DNA of 64,000 bases from Candidatus Multivoradales bacterium (GTDB lineage Bacteria > Acidobacteriota > Thermoanaerobaculia > Multivoradales > Multivoraceae): assembly GCA_965223325.1 (NCBI GenBank), contig CBDCWI010000002.1, positions 1,856,001 to 1,920,000 of the forward strand, read 5' to 3'. Shown here piece by piece: positions 46,675 through 57,474 of the stretch. The first letter of the stretch is position 1. Each line of letters begins with the position of its first letter. The notes under the pieces are model-generated. The model made no database searches and had not been told where the DNA came from. It saw only the letters and a list, made by a program, of their open reading frames with translations. A program made the translations under genes and the position numbers.

Positions 46675-47954
46675 CCTGCCGCTTCTTCTGCCCCAACAGC
46701 ACCTAGGGAGGGTGCCGCTTCCATGTCGCGCTGGAGATGTAGCCCCGCCAGCAGAAAGTGAATGGCTGACCACACATTGAAGAGCACCACAACCACCAAG
46801 GCCCAGCGCAGGCTGTCAACGCCCATTCGTGGCCCCAGAAGGTCACTCAACAGGCCGGTGAACCAGGGTCCAAGCCCCATGCCGATCAAGTTCATGATCA
46901 GAAACAGCAGACTGGAAGCAACCGCGCGCATGCGTGAGTTCACCAGACCATGCGTGGCTGCGATGGATGGGCCAAGAAACGTTCCGCCTAGAATGCGAGG
47001 CAAAAAGAGAAGCAGCATCGCCGCCTGAGCATTGGCAACCAGGTAGACCGGGATCTGGAGCGGCACGCTCAAGAGAATCGCAATCCCCGGAACCCACAAC
47101 ATCCAACGCGGGTCACGGGCGCCGAAGCGGTCGGCCAGCCAACCTCCCGAGAGGTTGCCCAGAATCCCAGCCACCGCCACGATCGGACCCAGCCAGCTAC
47201 CCACCACACCGGCCGACAGGCCATGCACCCGAATGAAAAACGACGGTGCCCAGTTGCCCGCGCCGAAGGCAACGAAGGCGTGCAGTGCGACGCCCGCTGC
47301 AAGATGGCGAAACGAAGGCCGGCTCCACAACAGCGAGATTACGTCCTTGAGACTGGGTTGCTCGACATCGCTGCCAGAGGGCGCAGCGGGGCGAGGCGCC
47401 TCCGGAACCGTGAACCGAAACCAGAGAGCAAGCAGAACCCCCGGCGCAGCCAGCAGGAAGAAGGCCCGGCGCCACCCTACGATGTCGTTGAGCCAGCCGC
47501 CAGCGACCAGGCCCAACAGAATGCCCAAAGAGATGCCGATGTTGTAGATCGACAAGACCGTCGCCCGTCGTTCCTTCGGAAACAGGTCCGAGAGCATCGA
47601 GTGTGCCGGCGGGCTGCAACCGGCCTCGCCAATGCCCACCCCGATGCGCGCCACCAGGAGATGCCAGAAACTCTGTACGAGCCCACACAGAGCCGTCATC
47701 ACCGACCAGGCGGCGAGCGCCATGGCAATGATGTTTCGCCGATTGCCACGGTCGGCGACCCTCGCGATGGGAACACCCATGATGGTGTAGAGCGCCGCGA
47801 AGGCGATTCCTGAAAGAACACCGAGTTGCCAGTCAGCGAGCCCCAGATCGGCCTTGATCGACTCCTGCAGAATCACCAACAACTGTCGGTCGAGAAAGTT
47901 GAAGGTGTAGACCAACACCAACAGAAAGAGCGTGTAGCGCGGCTTCATGGGCAA
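46671..47954 (-). CDS. MFS transporter (spinster-like)
   Basis: 'NFLDRQ', 'ADRGNRR', 'RIGVGIGEA..P.AHS..SD.FP'; about 12 hydrophobic segments. Confidence 0.92.
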   Translation of the reverse strand: MPMKPRYTLFLLVLVYTFNFLDRQLLVILQESIKADLGLADWQLGVLSGIAFAALYTIMGVPIARVADRGNRRNIIAMALAAWSVMTALCGLVQSFWHLLVARIGVGIGEAGCSPPAHSMLSDLFPKERRATVLSIYNIGISLGILLGLVAGGWLNDIVGWRRAFFLLAAPGVLLALWFRFTVPEAPRPAAPSGSDVEQPSLKDVISLLWSRPSFRHLAAGVALHAFVAFGAGNWAPSFFIRVHGLSAGVVGSWLGPIVAVAGILGNLSGGWLADRFGARDPRWMLWVPGIAILLSVPLQIPVYLVANAQAAMLLLFLPRILGGTFLGPSIAATHGLVNSRMRAVASSLLFLIMNLIGMGLGPWFTGLLSDLLGPRMGVDSLRWALVVVVLFNVWSAIHFLLAGLHLQRDMEAAPSLGAVGAEEAAG

Positions 47955-48027
47955 AACCTGTGCTGGGAGTCCAAGCTTTGAACTCGAAACGGCGTCGCAG
48001 CGACCCGTTCGGAACTAGCGCGTCAGC

Positions 48028-49647
48028 CTACCGCGCCCCGGCACTTTCAGAAGACGCGCGACGAGTGCGCTCGAGAAAGATCCCCGGCCGGGCACCGGTC
48101 ATGTCCCCGTCTTCGAGCACCAAGGTGCCGTTGATCACGACGTGCACGACGCCGGCGGCATAGTGATGAGGGTCGATGTACGACGCCCGGTCACCGATTT
48201 CCATGGCGTCGAACACGACCACGTCGGCGATGTGGCTTTCGGCAACCAGGCCGCGCTCCACATGCCCATACCAGCCAGCCGGTAGCGCCGTCATCTTCCG
48301 AATCGCCTGTTCGAGGGTGAGGACACCCTGATCGCGCACGTAGTGCCCGAGGACCTTCGGGAACGAGCCGTAGCTGCGTGGGTGCGGGTGACCGTCGCCG
48401 GGGGTGACCAGGTCACCATCGGTTTCGAACATCGAAGTCGGATGCTGGATGATACGGCGCGTATCCTCCTCGTCCATACCGTGGAAGATGCCGATGAAAC
48501 CACCCGCGAGCTGCAGTTCGATCAGCGCCTCGACAGCGCTGGCAAGCGATGCCGTTTGCCCGCGAGCGGCAAGAAAGTCGGCCAAGGTGCGACCGACCAG
48601 ATCGGGATGGCCCGCGACCTCTCGAAACTGAATGCTCTCGGGACCAGCTCCGGCCTGCTGCCGGAAGCGCACCGTCATCTCCTCGACCAGTCGGCGACGC
48701 GCCGCCGGGTCGGCGACCCGCTCGGCAAAGGCACCTTCTCCACCGGCCAGCACCCAGGGCGGAAACATCAGGTCGGAGTAGGTGCTGTAGGCCGTGTATG
48801 GGTAGACATCATGCGCTAGCTTGAGACCTTCAGCCAGTGCCTCGTCGATCAGGGCGAGCGTTCTGGTTGCCCAACCGAACTGGTCGGCGCCCGTGACCTT
48901 GTGGTGGTTGATCTGCACGGGAATGCCAGTGCGGCGCGCCACCTCGAGCGTTTCCTCGAAGGCATCGAGCACCCCTGGGCCTTCGTCGCGCAAGTGGGTC
49001 GTGTAGATGCCGCCGAACCGTTCAGCCACCTCGGCGAGCGCCACGATCTCATCGACCTTGGCGTAGGCGGCGGGCACATACTCGAGCCCGGTGGAGAGGC
49101 CGAGCGCCCCCTGTTCCATCGAGCGTTCGACCCAGGCAACCATCTCTTCGAGCTCGGCGGGCGTAGGGTCTCGATCATCTAACCCCATCACCTGCTGGCG
49201 AATCCAGGTGTGGCCAGCGAAGAGGCCGATGTTGGGTGCCGGCCGCACACGCTCGCGGTAGGGCGCGAAGGGAAAGACCTGCTCCTGGCTGTGCAACGAC
49301 GCCATGATCGTGGTGATGCCCTGGCGAATGAAATTCTCGGCTAGCGGGTGCTCTTCGAGAGTGACCAGATGGGCGTGGTTGTCCCAGAAGCCAGGCGCCA
49401 CCGTGAGACCGGAAACGTCGATCACATGCTTCGCCTGGCCACCCGAGAGATCGACACCGACCGCGACGATGCGATCACCGGCGATCGCGACATCGGCCCG
49501 TCGCGATGGTTCGCCCGTCCCGTCGACGACGGAGCCACCGACAAGCAGCAGGTCGTAGGCCGGCTCTTCTTCCTGGGGCGAAACGCTACAGGCAGCCGAA
49601 AGCCAGGCCAAGACCAGGGCAAGTGGCCAGCGGCACCTTCGCTTCAC
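48028..49647 (-). CDS. N-acyl-D-amino-acid deacylase family amidohydrolase (lipoprotein)
   Basis: VVDGTG, APGFWDNHAH, STGLEY.P, THLRDE, HHK, YPY, HPRSYG; lipobox SAAC. Confidence 0.9.
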   Translation of the reverse strand: MKRRCRWPLALVLAWLSAACSVSPQEEEPAYDLLLVGGSVVDGTGEPSRRADVAIAGDRIVAVGVDLSGGQAKHVIDVSGLTVAPGFWDNHAHLVTLEEHPLAENFIRQGITTIMASLHSQEQVFPFAPYRERVRPAPNIGLFAGHTWIRQQVMGLDDRDPTPAELEEMVAWVERSMEQGALGLSTGLEYVPAAYAKVDEIVALAEVAERFGGIYTTHLRDEGPGVLDAFEETLEVARRTGIPVQINHHKVTGADQFGWATRTLALIDEALAEGLKLAHDVYPYTAYSTYSDLMFPPWVLAGGEGAFAERVADPAARRRLVEEMTVRFRQQAGAGPESIQFREVAGHPDLVGRTLADFLAARGQTASLASAVEALIELQLAGGFIGIFHGMDEEDTRRIIQHPTSMFETDGDLVTPGDGHPHPRSYGSFPKVLGHYVRDQGVLTLEQAIRKMTALPAGWYGHVERGLVAESHIADVVVFDAMEIGDRASYIDPHHYAAGVVHVVINGTLVLEDGDMTGARPGIFLERTRRASSESAGAR

Positions 49648-52600
49648 GGTTCTTCGACCGCCCCGAGGCCAGTCAAGCCGCCACCAGGGCCAAGGCTCGT
49701 GGTGACCCGGAAGCGGCGCGTGCCGTAATAGGCGAAGTACTCGAGCGCCGTATCGTCACCCTCCGGCTCGCGACGGAGCAGTGACAGCCGGTCCGGGCGG
49801 CCGAGTCCAGCGAGGGCGCTCTCGAGCCCCGCCTTGACGCGCGGGAACATCGTGCGTCGCAGAAACTCGAAGTCGCTCTGCGTGAGCGCACCGTCTGCCG
49901 CCTTCTCCAACATTTCGCCGAGGAGCGCGGTCGCACGAGGATCCGGGTCGGCGATGACTTCGGTCGCTGGCGGTTCGGGCTCGAGGTCGGGATCGACCAT
50001 CGCCGCCACTTCAGCCGCGAGGGTGATGGCGGTCAGCGACCTGGCGTTGGTAAGCACGATCACCGCCAGGTCGTCCTCGGGCAGATCGCCCCCAGGAAAC
50101 CGCGAGTACTGGGCGACAAAGCCTTGCCACGAGCCGCTGTGATGAAGGTGCGGGTGGCCGTTGACCGTGTCGGTGAACCAACCGAAGCCATAGGGAAAAG
50201 TGTTGCCACTCGGAAGTTCCATCGGAGATTGCATGGTCTCCCAGCTGAGCGGCGCAAGGACCCGGCGCTCACGAACGGTCCGATCCCAGGCGATCATGTC
50301 GCGCAGCGAAACCAGCATCGACCCATCAGCCGTCGTATTGAGGCCCGGTGCGACCCACCCGGCATGTCGCCAACCTTCTGGGCTGGGCAAGTAGCCCCGG
50401 GCTCGACCGTAGAGAGCGTCGGGCTCGTTGTTGACCTCCGCCGTCGCCATGCCGGCGGGAGCGAAGATGCGTTCGTCGATGAATTGCCAGTACGGCTTGC
50501 CGACCAGACGCCCTATGGTGATGCCCAGCACCACGTAGCCGGTGTTCGAGTAGTTGAAGCGCGTGCCGGCGGGGAACTCGAGCTCGAGCTCACTGGCAAA
50601 GCGCAACAAGTCTTCTTCGCTGTAGTCGCGGGTGTAGTCGAAGCCGTCACTGGTCCAGTCGGGGAGCCCCGATGAATGACTGAGTAGATGCCGCAGGGTG
50701 ATCGGCTGCCAGGGCTCGGGCGCTTCCGGAAGGTAGGTGCGAATCGACTGGTCGAGATCGACGGTGCCCTCTTCGGCGAGGGCGAGAACTGCCGCGGCGG
50801 TGAACTGCTTGCCAATCGAACCGGCCTGAAACAGGGTGTCGACATCGACTGGCGCGTCATGCTCGAGGTTCGCGGTGCCATACCCCTTGGCGTGCGTCAC
50901 GCGGCCACCCTGCACCACCGCCATCGCAAGCCCCGGAACTCTCCCCTCGCGCATGCGCTGGCGGGTCAAGCGATCGATGCGCGTTTCGAGCGGCAGGGAT
51001 TCTTCCTCGGTTTTCAACCACCACGGACGCTCGAAGGCCTGCTCAACCGGCCAGACCTGATCGAGAGTTCCAGCGTCGTAGAGCACGCCGTTCTTCATCA
51101 CCAGAGAAACCGCCGTCGTATTGCGGATGTCGTCGAGTGGATCGAAATCAAGCACCACCAGGTCGGCGAGCTTCCCTGCCTCGACGCTCCCCAGGTCCTC
51201 TCCCAGGCCCATCGCTTCGGCACCGCGCAACGTTGCGGACCGCAAGACCTCCAGTTCCGCCATGCCACCGTTCGCCAGGAGTTCCATCTCCCAGTGGGTC
51301 GACAGCCCTTGCACCTCGCCGTGGCCGCCAATCGCAACGTTGCCGCCTGCCGCCGCAACGCGCCTGGCTCCGTCGGCAACCTCGCGGTCGTTGTAGTCCT
51401 CTGGCGGAAACCACAACAAACGCCGCGAAGTCTTCTCGAAGAGCACACCCGGAGGGAACCAACGGGACAATCGCGGGTCTTCGTGCGGGCGTTTCTCGGC
51501 AAGTAGACGGTAGATCGGTAGAGCACCGCCAAACGACACCACCAGGGTCGGCGTATAGGTAATCCCGGTGCGGGCCAACAACTGCACTACATCGTCGTAG
51601 ATCGGCGCGGTCGGCAGAGCGTGCTCGATGCCGCTGTAGCCGTCCATCGCATGGGTGAGGTTGGCCTTGCTATCGGCGGCGCCTTCGGTCGTTGGCATCA
51701 TGCCGAGCTCGCGGCTGGCCTCGACGATCCAGGCGCGTTCCCGGCGACTGCCGGCGATATAGGACTTGAGCAGATGAGTTCCGAAACGTTCACGGTACGG
51801 CACCAACGCTTGTTTGACGGCATCGTAGGAGCCGAAAGGCTGCGTTGTGTAGTGACCGCCGAAGCGCCCCATGGCAAACGCCGGCCCGGTCGAGAAAAGG
51901 CGCGGCACCGGCGCTGAGCTCGTATTGGCCATGTCGGCGAGGGTGAAGATGTCGGGCACGGACTGCGGATTGCGCAGCGAGGTGACTCCGTACGAGAGGT
52001 TGGCCAGAGCCCACGAGGTCTCGAGCTGCAAAATGTCGTCTGAGGTCTGGAAGTGAGCGTGCACGTCGATGAATCCAGGCACGATGACCTTGCCGGCGAC
52101 GTCGATGATCCGTGCCCCCTCGGGTAGTTCGGGGGCGGCGCCCGGAGCGGTCGCTGTCACTGAAACGATGCGGTTGCCAGTCACGACGACAAGAGCGTTA
52201 TCGATGACCTCGTCGTCCTTCATCGTGACAACGCGCGCGCCGCGCAGAACCACCGTGCCCGGCGGACGAACTCGCGGAGCGGTGATGTCGAGGTCAAGGG
52301 CTGCCTTCTCGGTCTTGGAGTCGCGAGACCAACGCTCGACGTCTCGGCCGGTGACGAAGAGCGCCGTCTCACCGTCGGCCGACCAGGTGAAGGTCGTAGG
52401 CAGGGACCGCGCGAGCACCATGTCGCCGGCCGCACCTTCACCGAGAGTCGCCGGGTCGATCGTGCGCGGTTCGCCGTCCGCGAGCTCGAACGGAAGAAAC
52501 ACCAGACGCCCCCTACTCGAGAATGGGCTCGGTGAATCCGGCAGGGCAACCAAGAGTCCCTTGCCGTCGGGGGCGCAGCGCCAGCGGGCCAGCGCGGTGA

Positions 52601-54257
52601 CCGGGCTGGCCGGTTCGAAATGCGCCTCCAGGCGCCGGTCGTTCCCGTCGAGCCCCACCGAGGTCAACCCGTCGGCCGAGCTCACGAAAACGCGCTCGGA
52701 ACCGCAGAAGTGTGGGTTGCGCAGGCCTGGTTCTCTCAACAGGGAGCGCTCTTGGCCACCGCCCACGAGAACGAGTTCGGTGTTTCGTGGCAGGTCGCCG
52801 CCCGGGTTACCGGTTGCAGTCGGATCAGAAAGCGCCGCAAGCTGTGCTTTCACAGCGACCAGCTCTTCACCCTCGGGTGAGAAAACCGGGTCAACATAAC
52901 GCGCCGGCTCGAGAGTGACCGGCTTCGGCTTTCCTTTGCGATCCCGCTGCACGATGAAGACATGGCTGCCCGAAGGGCCCCACGACACATAGGCTAGGGA
53001 GCGGCCATCTGGGGAGAACGCAGGCATGCGTTCACGCGCCTCCGCACCCTTCGAGAGAGCCGCCCAGGGCGAATCTTCGTCCTCCTGCACGAAGATCCGG
53101 CCGAGGGCCGATACTGCGAGCGCACCGTCTCGACCGGCGGCCAGGTGGCGAAAGCGCCGCGCCTTGACGGGACCGTCCGTGATCCGTCGCGGAAACTCGA
53201 GTCGCTCACCGACGTCTATCGAAACCGAGGCACGCCAGGGAATGACCTTCTCGGTTCCTCCGCGTACCCCGAGCCGCCTGATCTTGCCGCCATATGCGCC
53301 GTAGAGCGACGAACCGTCGGCACCGAAGGCGAAGTTCGGGAGCACATCGCGCGTGGCGCGACCTTCGAGTTGATGACGATCGAGAGTCGCGTCGAGCCAG
53401 CGTTCGTGCCCGCTGGCAAGATCGCGGACCTTGAGACCCGGCATGCCGTTCACCGAAGCGCTGTAGGCGAGGAGCGTCCCGTCTGGACTGAACGCCGGTT
53501 TCATCGCCAGCGTGCCGCCAACCGCCACGGTCTCGATCGGCCCGGCGCCGAGACCGGTGCCCGAGAGAGCGACCCGCCGGATCTCGCTCGTCGGCCCGTT
53601 GCGACTGCCGTAGGCCCGCGGCGTGACCGACGTCCAGTACAACCATTGGCCGTCGGGCGAAACGGCCGGCGAGTACGCCCCCGGGGCAGGCGAAGACACT
53701 AGCGGCGCCGGTCGCCCGTTGTGGTTCTCGACCACCCGCACGCCTTCTCCGCTCGCGATGTCAAAGCGCCAGATCTCAGCTTGACGCGGCCCGGCATCTG
53801 AAACGACGCTTGCGAAGACGGCGTTTCCGTCAGCAGAAAACTCCGGCGAAGACATCAACGCGCGCTCGACGTTGCTGAGCGCTCGTTGGTTCGCGCCATC
53901 GGCATCCGCCAGCCAGACGTTGTCCGATCCAGAGGCATCACTGATGTAGACCAGGGTCGTGCCATCAGGCGAGAAGCGCGGCTGCGATTGGAACGCCCGA
54001 CCGAAAATCAGCGGTGTTGCCTCACCCCCGGCCGTCGGCGTGAGCGCCAGGGAGTAGACGTCGCCCAGGAGCTCGAACACCAGCGACTCCCCATCGGGTG
54101 CGGTATCGAGGGAAACCCAGGTCCCTTCACTGGTTGTGAACTCGAGGGTCCTCGTGGTCGGTTCCTCGGCCACCGCGGGCTGGGTTTCGGCAGCAGTGAC
54201 AAGAAGAAGGGCAAACATCGGCAGCACGAAAGCCGACCGTTGGCGCAGCGCAACCAT
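49644..54257 (-). CDS. Fusion of PD40/TolB propellers, amidohydrolase and serine hydrolase (beta-lactamase/PBP-like)
   Basis: 'EGTWVSLD..PDG....FELLGD' propellers; PGFIDVHAH, IEH, GKLADL; SIGK, YSN, HSG. ATG 54257 after GGGGAG. Confidence 0.88.
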   Translation of the reverse strand: MVALRQRSAFVLPMFALLLVTAAETQPAVAEEPTTRTLEFTTSEGTWVSLDTAPDGESLVFELLGDVYSLALTPTAGGEATPLIFGRAFQSQPRFSPDGTTLVYISDASGSDNVWLADADGANQRALSNVERALMSSPEFSADGNAVFASVVSDAGPRQAEIWRFDIASGEGVRVVENHNGRPAPLVSSPAPGAYSPAVSPDGQWLYWTSVTPRAYGSRNGPTSEIRRVALSGTGLGAGPIETVAVGGTLAMKPAFSPDGTLLAYSASVNGMPGLKVRDLASGHERWLDATLDRHQLEGRATRDVLPNFAFGADGSSLYGAYGGKIRRLGVRGGTEKVIPWRASVSIDVGERLEFPRRITDGPVKARRFRHLAAGRDGALAVSALGRIFVQEDEDSPWAALSKGAEARERMPAFSPDGRSLAYVSWGPSGSHVFIVQRDRKGKPKPVTLEPARYVDPVFSPEGEELVAVKAQLAALSDPTATGNPGGDLPRNTELVLVGGGQERSLLREPGLRNPHFCGSERVFVSSADGLTSVGLDGNDRRLEAHFEPASPVTALARWRCAPDGKGLLVALPDSPSPFSSRGRLVFLPFELADGEPRTIDPATLGEGAAGDMVLARSLPTTFTWSADGETALFVTGRDVERWSRDSKTEKAALDLDITAPRVRPPGTVVLRGARVVTMKDDEVIDNALVVVTGNRIVSVTATAPGAAPELPEGARIIDVAGKVIVPGFIDVHAHFQTSDDILQLETSWALANLSYGVTSLRNPQSVPDIFTLADMANTSSAPVPRLFSTGPAFAMGRFGGHYTTQPFGSYDAVKQALVPYRERFGTHLLKSYIAGSRRERAWIVEASRELGMMPTTEGAADSKANLTHAMDGYSGIEHALPTAPIYDDVVQLLARTGITYTPTLVVSFGGALPIYRLLAEKRPHEDPRLSRWFPPGVLFEKTSRRLLWFPPEDYNDREVADGARRVAAAGGNVAIGGHGEVQGLSTHWEMELLANGGMAELEVLRSATLRGAEAMGLGEDLGSVEAGKLADLVVLDFDPLDDIRNTTAVSLVMKNGVLYDAGTLDQVWPVEQAFERPWWLKTEEESLPLETRIDRLTRQRMREGRVPGLAMAVVQGGRVTHAKGYGTANLEHDAPVDVDTLFQAGSIGKQFTAAAVLALAEEGTVDLDQSIRTYLPEAPEPWQPITLRHLLSHSSGLPDWTSDGFDYTRDYSEEDLLRFASELELEFPAGTRFNYSNTGYVVLGITIGRLVGKPYWQFIDERIFAPAGMATAEVNNEPDALYGRARGYLPSPEGWRHAGWVAPGLNTTADGSMLVSLRDMIAWDRTVRERRVLAPLSWETMQSPMELPSGNTFPYGFGWFTDTVNGHPHLHHSGSWQGFVAQYSRFPGGDLPEDDLAVIVLTNARSLTAITLAAEVAAMVDPDLEPEPPATEVIADPDPRATALLGEMLEKAADGALTQSDFEFLRRTMFPRVKAGLESALAGLGRPDRLSLLRREPEGDDTALEYFAYYGTRRFRVTTSLGPGGGLTGLGAVEEP

Positions 54258-54360
54258 CGCAAGCTCCCCGAACGGATCGAAGGTGGAAAGGGAGGACCAG
54301 TATAGGGGTCGTTCTGGGACCGAACGGCTATCGTCACCGCCCATTCGGGGGCGGCGTCGA

Positions 54361-55827
54361 CTAGGGAGCCTGCTCCCGGCAAGCCGGTGACTCGATATAG
54401 ACAGCGAGTCGCGCAACGGGCGTGGTCACCGGACTGTGGGTGTTGTAGACCACGGTGTGGGAAGGCAGGTGCTCGGTGGCCCAGCGTGCAAACCAGCACT
54501 CGGTCAACGCGCGACCTTCGCGAGGGGCATCAGACTCATCGCGGGGTACGTGCACGTCCGAAACGAAGAACACGTTCTGTTGCGGTAGTAGAACGCCAAG
54601 AGCTGCGTCAGAATGAGGGTGCTCACCGAGCGATTTGAGATGGACGGGGCGTTCAGGGTCATCGAGGATGGTTGTTTCCTCAACGGGTAGGACCGTCACT
54701 CGCTGGCCTGCTCTCGAGAGGCGATCTGTGGGCATCGCTTCGGCATTGAGTGCCTGGTCGAGGAACCCTGCTACGAGCTGCGGGGCATAGACTTCGGCCC
54801 CGGCAGCGGCGAAGGCACGCGCCCCACCGGCATGGTCGTCGTGAGCGTGCGTGAGCGCCACAGCGCGGACGGGTTGATCGGCGAGCTCTTCGGCGAGGAA
54901 ATCAACCAATGCTTCTGAGAGTCCGCTCAGCCCGAGACCCGGGACCAGGTCGGTCGGTGGGAGTTGGTGCAACTCGACCCAGCCGGCCGGTGCGTCGGCA
55001 ACGACCAGACCCGCCTCGGTCTGTACGACCAGGTGCTGAAAGCCCGTGCGCACGCCGCGCACCAGAAAGACCCCCGGCGCGACATCGACTCGACGCATGG
55101 CAACCCGTGCCGGCCACTGCTCTCCTGGTGCCTGAATGGGTTCCTCCCCCGGTGTGACTTGAAAGAACACGTCGGCTTCTTGCGCGCTCAGGTCGCGCCA
55201 GCTCCCGGTTCCTCGAAAGAGCAACTCACCAGCGACGGTGAGCTCGACGCTTGGACTGTCGTGGTCCTCCCAACTCCAGCTCCACACCACCGGCACCCGC
55301 CCACGAAGAGGAACGTCGGCGCTTGCGACAACGGTCTGCACGAGTTCCCCAGAGGCCCGGTCCCCGGAGGCCCACCCCCCAGACGCCAGCTCGACCGAGA
55401 CGCCTTCGGGCGCCCCACTGGTTCTGACTTCGTCGGCGAGGCGCCGCGGATCGATACGACGGTGGCGCTCTGCATCGTCGGTACTCGAGGCGCCCTGGAA
55501 CTCGACATCTGGCGGAGACTCACGGTTGACGATCCGTACCAGATCCGGTGGCAGAAACGCCATGGCGTACGCACCGTCCATGTCGGGGTTCGACTTGCCC
55601 TGCCACCGAAAGAACACGCGCTCGCTATCGGGTTCGGTCACCACGCACCAGCTGGCCGGCGCGGTCTCCGATTGGGTCGGACGCAGCCCCTGGTGGCGAA
55701 CTCCCAGATCGTAAGAACCGCTAAGACAGAACTCTGTCGCAGACTCCGGTGCCGCAACACAACCGCCAATGAAGACGACCAGAGAGGAAAACAGGACCAG
55801 GACTCGCAGGGAACACTTTGCTCGCAC
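54361..55827 (-). CDS. MBL-fold metallo-hydrolase (lipoprotein)
   Basis: THAHDDHAGG (HxHxDH), HPHS, FVSD, NTH; lipobox IGGC. Confidence 0.8.
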   Translation of the reverse strand: MRAKCSLRVLVLFSSLVVFIGGCVAAPESATEFCLSGSYDLGVRHQGLRPTQSETAPASWCVVTEPDSERVFFRWQGKSNPDMDGAYAMAFLPPDLVRIVNRESPPDVEFQGASSTDDAERHRRIDPRRLADEVRTSGAPEGVSVELASGGWASGDRASGELVQTVVASADVPLRGRVPVVWSWSWEDHDSPSVELTVAGELLFRGTGSWRDLSAQEADVFFQVTPGEEPIQAPGEQWPARVAMRRVDVAPGVFLVRGVRTGFQHLVVQTEAGLVVADAPAGWVELHQLPPTDLVPGLGLSGLSEALVDFLAEELADQPVRAVALTHAHDDHAGGARAFAAAGAEVYAPQLVAGFLDQALNAEAMPTDRLSRAGQRVTVLPVEETTILDDPERPVHLKSLGEHPHSDAALGVLLPQQNVFFVSDVHVPRDESDAPREGRALTECWFARWATEHLPSHTVVYNTHSPVTTPVARLAVYIESPACREQAP

Positions 55828-55925
55828 GGAATGACCCCCATCAACGACAATCGAACGACTCGTGCCTCATCGTCTGCCGTCAGGAACCCTACGTCAACTC
55901 ACCGGGGTCGGTCTGGGGCCGAATC

Positions 55926-56100
55926 TCACGGTAGAGCGCGCGTCCAGGCGCCCGCGGAACCCGTCTCGAAGTCGTCGCCGAAAAGCACCGCCCGCCCCAA
56001 CACCGATCCTGACGACGATGGGCGCCGAGACTCCATCATGGTCGTTGACCGCGACGGTAGAGCTGTCTTCTCCTTCGAACGTCTCAGGCTCCCAGAGGGG
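55926..56100 (-). pseudogene. Frameshifted C-terminal relic of a secreted protein (Ig/cadherin-like end plus DDFETG tail)
   Basis: 'FEGEDSSTVAVNDHDGVSAPIVVRIGV' in one frame is followed by 'AVLFGDDFETGSAGAW..*' in the next. No upstream gene body. Confidence 0.55.
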
Positions 56101-56309
56101 CGACAGCCGCGAACGCACGGCCGCCCTGCTTGAATCGGATCTCGATGAACAGAGAACAATAAATAGAAACGTTGCGATTTCGGCATTCTTTTCGAGTGCG
56201 ACCCCAAGGCCACTGCAGCCAAGGCCAGGTCCAGCTGGGGCGCTTCTCTGCCCCGCTTTCTCGCCGGGGACGGGTCAAACGAGAAGCACCGAGCGCTACG
56301 ATTTCGGTA

Positions 56310-57158
56310 ATGAACCGGAACACCACCTGCGGTCCGAGACCCAAGCGGTTTCGCGAACTCCTGCGCTCAGAGCTCGGCGCACGCTGTGCTTCCAACCCAC
56401 AGTATTCGCTGCGCGCCTTCGGCCGGGCGCTCGACTTCGACCACTCGACGCTGTCGAAGATCCTGCGCGGCCAACGTCGGCTAACCGCCGCCACCATTCG
56501 TGAGCTCGGCGCTGGACTTGGCCTCGACCAGCAGGCGATCGAAGACCATGTGGTGCTCGAGCGATCCGCCCCGCGTGCCGGCGCCAAAGAGCGCCACGTT
56601 GAACAACTACGGGCCGACGCCGAGCAAGTGATCGCAGGCTGGCACCACTACGCAATCCTCGAGCTCACGCGCATCGAGTCTTTCCAGGCAGACAGCCAGT
56701 GGATCGCGCGCGTCCTGGACATCTCGGTCGACACAGTGAACATCGCGATCCAGCGTCTGCTTCATCTCAGGCTCTTACGCATGGTCGGTGAGAGCGACTG
56801 GAGGGTAGGACCCGATCTCGAAGCATCGCTCGATCGTTTGCCCAGTGCCGTCGTGCGCTCACTGCATGCCCAGCTCGCCGAGCGCAGTACCGCCTCCCTG
56901 GCGGGCGGCGATGACCGGCTGTTCTCGAGCACCACCTTCGCGGCCAGCAGGCGCGGCGCCCGTCTGGCCCTGGAGGTTCTGCGCCGGCTGAGCGACGAGA
57001 CCACTCCGATCGCCCAGCGAGACACACCCGACGAGGTCTACCAACTACAGATCTCGTTCTTTCCCCTGACACGGGCGGCGGACACGCTGGCGCCCAGGAA
57101 AGGAGACCCGAATGGGACATCCCGTAATGAGGTTCCAGATCGTCGCCAAAGATCCTGA
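56310..57158 (+). CDS. TIGR02147/DUF4423-type HTH protein
   Basis: 'NPQYSLRAFGRAL..DHSTLSKIL.G.R.L', 'WHHYAILEL', 'VYQLQISFFPLT'; ATG 56310. Confidence 0.8.
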   Translation: MNRNTTCGPRPKRFRELLRSELGARCASNPQYSLRAFGRALDFDHSTLSKILRGQRRLTAATIRELGAGLGLDQQAIEDHVVLERSAPRAGAKERHVEQLRADAEQVIAGWHHYAILELTRIESFQADSQWIARVLDISVDTVNIAIQRLLHLRLLRMVGESDWRVGPDLEASLDRLPSAVVRSLHAQLAERSTASLAGGDDRLFSSTTFAASRRGARLALEVLRRLSDETTPIAQRDTPDEVYQLQISFFPLTRAADTLAPRKGDPNGTSRNEVPDRRQRS

Positions 57159-57474
57159 GGGAGCCTCTGTCTTCTACAGCCAGCTTTTCGACTGGTCCAT
57201 CAACCGTGACAACGCCCTCGGCTATCGAACCATCGACACCGGCTCCGAGGCCGGAATCCAAGGAGGCATCTGGCCGATTCCGCCGGAGGCACAGTCGCTC
57301 GTCCAGCTCTACATCGAGGTCACCGACGTGGCTGGGACCGTCGACGAGGCGCGGCAACTCGGCGCCCAGGTGCTCGTCGAGCCGCAGGCGCTGCCGGACG
57401 GCGACCAGATGGCGATCCTGATCGACCCCGAGGGGGTACCCTTCGGGGTATTCCGGCCCAAGGGGGAATCGTGA
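57112..57474 (+). CDS. VOC/glyoxalase family protein
   Basis: MGHPVMRFQI, FYSQLFDW, GGI, LYIEV.D, DPEG. Confidence 0.88.
   Translation: MGHPVMRFQIVAKDPEGASVFYSQLFDWSINRDNALGYRTIDTGSEAGIQGGIWPIPPEAQSLVQLYIEVTDVAGTVDEARQLGAQVLVEPQALPDGDQMAILIDPEGVPFGVFRPKGES

Noticed and set aside
49644-55827. Antibiotic-resistance beta-lactamases (SxxK domain, MBL fold)
   Set aside because: Only fold-level motifs are present; the fusion architecture and amidohydrolase context point to catabolic hydrolases.
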